A program made the translations under genes and the position numbers. From NCBI GenBank assembly GCA_008632985.1, contig QPGO01000081.1, positions 248,001-312,000 of the forward strand: a DNA stretch of 64,000 bases, read 5' to 3'. A model generated the notes under the pieces. The model worked only from the letters and a program-made list of their open reading frames with translations. It ran no database searches and was not told the DNA's origin. Every line of letters starts with the position of its first letter. Positions within the stretch are counted from its first letter, which is position 1. The DNA is from Psammoneis japonica. Its lineage: Eukaryota. Shown here piece after piece: positions 60,131-64,000 of this stretch.

Positions 60131-63100
60131 GCATCATCTGCACATGCTGGCCTGGCACACAGTGTAAAATGTCACATTGTTGTGTTGCACAATCTCTGCT
60201 GCTGCTCTCTACACTCTGCTCTGCTCTCTAGAAGCAGCCAGGAGCTAGCTGCCACTCTGGCAGCAGTGCTGGTAGCCAGTGGCAGAGGCCTCTCTGCTCT
60301 GCCACCAGCAGAGAGCAGCCAGCAGAGAGGGCCCTGCGAAAACACATGGCGACAACACACGCATTTGCATGATGCACATGCCATCGGCACTCACTGCAAG
60401 GAGCAAATCTCCACCGGTTTGAGTGGGATGAAGATCGCCTGCCTCCAGAAAAAAACACACATGGTGTTTGAAATCATGCAGGCCCACAAGGTGTTTAAAA
60501 CATGCAATTTGGTCACCAACATCCTCAGGAAATTCCAGGGACTGTGGGCCAGTTTCTGCATGAAAGCCATTTTTTGTGCCCCACTGAAAAATTAGAATGA
60601 GCTGAGGAGCTTGGAGACATGTGTCCTGGCCATTGCTTCCAGTTGCCAACCAGCTGCTGCTGGACCATTCTTGGCTTGTGAGCTGCACTGAAGCAGGCAC
60701 TGAACATGTGCAGGTTGCCCTGGGCAAAGGAGCAGAGCAGGCAGAAGGGCATGCCGATTCCATGGTGGCTGCGCTGGGGCCTCCAGATGCTGTGCAGCTT
60801 TGCATGCTGCGCTGGCAAGCAGCCACTTCACTGCCTGAAATCTGCAGCTGACAGGTGGGAGGGGGGGCTGCTCTTTGTCAGCGGTCCTTTTTTTCTGCAG
60901 GTGCCCCGATGGACTCAAGGTGCTGCAGGCCTGCAGCCACTGCTCAAATGAAAAGACCCTTTTTCTGCTCAGCCAGAACAGCAGCAAAACAAAAGAAGGG
61001 CTGCTGGGTGGTGTGCTGGGGCCAGGACGGGGACTGGAGCAGATCCATGTGTGAATCCTTTTTTCCTCAATGGGATTTCCAAACATTTTGGTCTCTCAAT
61101 GTGAAGATGATGGTTGCAGGGCGGGAGCATGCATGGTGTGCAACAGCCAGGTGTTCATGCTTCTTTAGTCTTTCTGGGTTGACTGCAAATCTTGTTTCAG
61201 CAAATCCATGATCTGCTGCAGTTTGTTTCCAGCTGCAGCAGAGGATTTGTCTTTGAGTGTGGCAAGCTTCTCAAGCAACTGGTCAACGGCAGCTCACCCC
61301 TGCTTTAGTGTGGATTCCAAAGCCTGCTGCCTTCCCTCCAGCTTCGCCATTTCATTTTCAACTTAGCTTCTGGACTCACATGCCAAGCACATTGGGAAAC
61401 TGGCTCCTTTTTGCTTGACTTTAAAGCAGATTGCATCTCCAGCAACTGCTGCTTTTGGTGCGCTTCTTTGTTGGTGACCTTCTTTGCCTTGCTCAGCTCT
61501 TTGCCTTGTTTGGCGGTGCCTTTTGCACACAAAAGGTTGTTCTTGAGTTCTGACTTGCTTGAATCAGCAAGCTCTTGCATTGTGAGGATCTCTTTTTCTT
61601 TCTGAGCCAAGTCCATTTGCATTTTTGATTCACTGGCCTTGAATCACTGTTGTTGTGTTGAAAGCATTTCATCTCTGGCAGAGCTTCCATGTTTCAGTTG
61701 TTCTGCTTTTGCTGCAAACTTCAACTTCTGCAAGGCGTTCTTGGAGATCCTTCACCCAGGTGCTTCCTTTTCTTTTTGATGTGGACATGGTGCAATTGAT
61801 GTTCACATTCTTCTGCAGCCAATTTCTGTTTCTGTTTTGGCTTTGTTTCCAATTCCCACAGCTTCAGCTCAACATCATTTTGGTGCTGTTGACAAGAAAG
61901 CATCAACTGTTCCTGCAGAGCAACTGATCATGATCATTCATGTGCCACAAGCTCCTCTTGCTGGGCACCAACAAGCTCATTGAGATGCTTTCCCTCCTTT
62001 TCTTCCTGCACATGCTTGGCTTCTTGAATCTCAAGGTTACATTCCTCATGAATGGCAGACAGCTGGTGCTGAAGAAAATCCACTTGTTCCTCTTTCTCCT
62101 TTTTCAGGGTCTCCATTTGATCCCCAACAACTGACAGCTCAGGAGCATCCTTGAGCTGGTTGAGATCTTCTGGATTTTTGCACCGACCCTTTTCCTGAAT
62201 CAGCTGGCCTTCCATTGGTGAAACATGCTCTTGTTCATTTCTTTCCTTTTGCATCATTTCACACTCCATTTCACATTCAGCCAAAATCTTGCTGAGCCAT
62301 CTGTGGCTCTGTTCTTGTCTCTTCCATGGACTTGGTTTGGGCAATGATTTTAACTTTCAACTTTGCAATTTCCTGTTCATGGCTCTGTTGTGTGTCCTTT
62401 GATTTGTGGACTTTCTTCTTGCTCCTTGTCCATGAGCTCCTTGAGGCCTGAAAGTTCCTGATCCTTCTTGTGCATTTGGTTTTCAAGGGCTGCAATGTCA
62501 GCACTTGAGAGTTGCAACTTCTTTTGTGTGCAAATGCATGTCAACTGTTCTCCACAGCCTTCCCCCAGTTCACCCCATCCCATTTGCACATCTTCTCAAC
62601 TCTGCTCCAGACGTTGTTGTGCAGCCAGCACCCAGAGACTCTCTGAGTGAACAAATGTGATCTGTGTGCTCCTTGTGCGCTCTGGCATCAGCTTCTCCAA
62701 CTGTCTGATGGTTTGCTTTTGTTGGCAAGCTTCATCCTGCAAAAAAATGTCATGATCTCGAACAAGCAAAATGTGTCTGTAACTTTAGAGACAGAACAGA
62801 GAAACAAAGTTCACCTCTTTCTAAAATTGGGCTCTGAGTGTGGTCATCAAAGAAATGAACAGTCTCACGGGAGTTGATCTTCTCTCTCCAGACTGGGCGC
62901 ATCAAGCCTGGCTGCACTCTGTGTGATCCATCTTTAGCATCAATGCCACTGTGGATGATTTTGATTTGTTCAAGTTGGTCAATCTCACGTTTCTGCAGTT
63001 TTTGCCAAACCTCATCCGAACCCTCTTTGGCGTGCAACAGAACAATCAATGTCTCTCTGATGCCTGGGCCTCTGCTGCAGTGCAGAGCCGGCAGCCTGGC

Positions 63101-63210
63101 CCACTGCTCTCTAGCCAGCTAGAGACCTCTTCTCTAGCCACTGCCAGTTGGGCCCTCCACTCTCTAGCTAGAGGCCGCGTAGAGCCCCAGGGCCCCAGCC
63201 TGTCTATCCC
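60130..63210. other. TpA/CpG-depleted hypermutated block F core, with a decayed coiled-coil gene on the minus strand (about 61200-63050)
   Basis: E/K/Q-rich heptad fragments broken by TGA, without Tyr; flanked by CTAG/CAG-rich patches. Confidence 0.8.
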
Positions 63211-63442
63211 AAGCAAGCGAGAGACCGACACAAATCGGACCGAAACAGCACCGACGGCCGACGGACAAGAGCGAAAGACGGGCGGTCGGTCGGACAGAAG
63301 TCGAAAGATCCTCGCTGTAGACTTCTACGTGTTTCAGTAGGAGACATCAGATTTGAAACGTCAGTCACAAAAATCTGTGGCGACTGGATTTCGACACATC
63401 ATTTCCCATTTGCAACTTCGCATTTTTCACATCATCAACAAC

Positions 63443-64000
63443 ATGAAGCTCTCTGCGTTTGCCCTTCTTGCCATTTCAGTCTCTGTGAATGGGTTTGTCG
63501 CTCCCAAGCCCACAGGAGTAACCCGTTTCACTTCGTCCTCACTTTTTGTTTCCAAAAAAGATCTCCAAACCGCTCAAGACGCGATTGATGAAATCCTCAA
63601 GGAAAAGAACTGCGGTCCCGTCCTTGTTCGGTTGGCATGGCACGATTCGGGTACCTTTGACGTCAATCTCAAGGACGAGGAATGGCCCGCAGCCGGTGGT
63701 GCCATTGCTTCGATTCGTTTCAGTCCGGAAATAGATCACGGTGCCAATGCGGGCTTGGCGGGAGCGGCCAAATTGTTGGAACCCGTCAAGGAGGCTGCTC
63801 CCGACGTGTCGTATGCTGACATTTACCAAATGGCGTCAGCTCGTGCAATTGAATTGGCGGGTGGTCCCAAGATTGATATGAAATATGGGCGTGTCGATGC
63901 CTCGTCTGCGGATTTGTGTTCTCCTGAAGGAAATCTTCCCGACGCCGAACCCGGACCCGAAGGCAAGTACGGTGGTGCTGGTGGAACCGCGTCCACCGAG
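63443..64000 (+). CDS. APX: Plastid-targeted ascorbate peroxidase (class I heme peroxidase), 3'-partial; absent from the ORF track
   Basis: My translation: MKLSAFALLAISVSVNG-FVAP..CGPVLVRLAWHDSGTFD..GGAIASIRF..EIDHGANAGL..VSYADIYQMASARAIELAGGPKI..GRVD..PEGNLPDA. Confidence 0.92.
   Translation, partial: MKLSAFALLAISVSVNGFVAPKPTGVTRFTSSSLFVSKKDLQTAQDAIDEILKEKNCGPVLVRLAWHDSGTFDVNLKDEEWPAAGGAIASIRFSPEIDHGANAGLAGAAKLLEPVKEAAPDVSYADIYQMASARAIELAGGPKIDMKYGRVDASSADLCSPEGNLPDAEPGPEGKYGGAGGTASTE

Overview
Eukaryotic nuclear DNA, most likely from a (pennate) diatom. The evidence is short 70-90 nt GT-AG introns, bipartite plastid presequences (SDA-F, VNG-F) and diatom-type gene families. Two kinds of sequence alternate. 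(1) Normal gene-rich DNA: an RMDN-like TPR protein, a convergent pair of amidoligase (COOH-NH2 ligase) genes fused to YEATS or to UIM/NZF/C2H2 domains, a Nup153/Nup1-like nucleoporin, a TKL kinase, a TAT-targeted thylakoid protein, Sec16 with 14 WW domains, a pseudo-lipase, a DUF1295 protein, an LRR protein and a plastid ascorbate peroxidase. (2) Six blocks, about 24-25 kb by eye (ca. 1-600, 3.9-9.4 kb, 19.5-21.4 kb, 37.7-38.4 kb, 41.3-53.5 kb, 59.4-63.1 kb), in which TpA is almost erased, CpG is depleted and TG/CA are in excess. They hold a Ty3/gypsy relic, repeats and decayed host-type genes in which conserved Tyr became Cys/His and a GTAAGT splice donor reads GCAAGC. This points to a targeted TpA->TpG/CpA hypermutation process (opposite in direction to fungal RIP) separable from CpG decay. 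Several otherwise intact genes have 1-nt indels in homopolymers that are probably assembly errors. All calls come from motif recognition by eye; no database searches were run.
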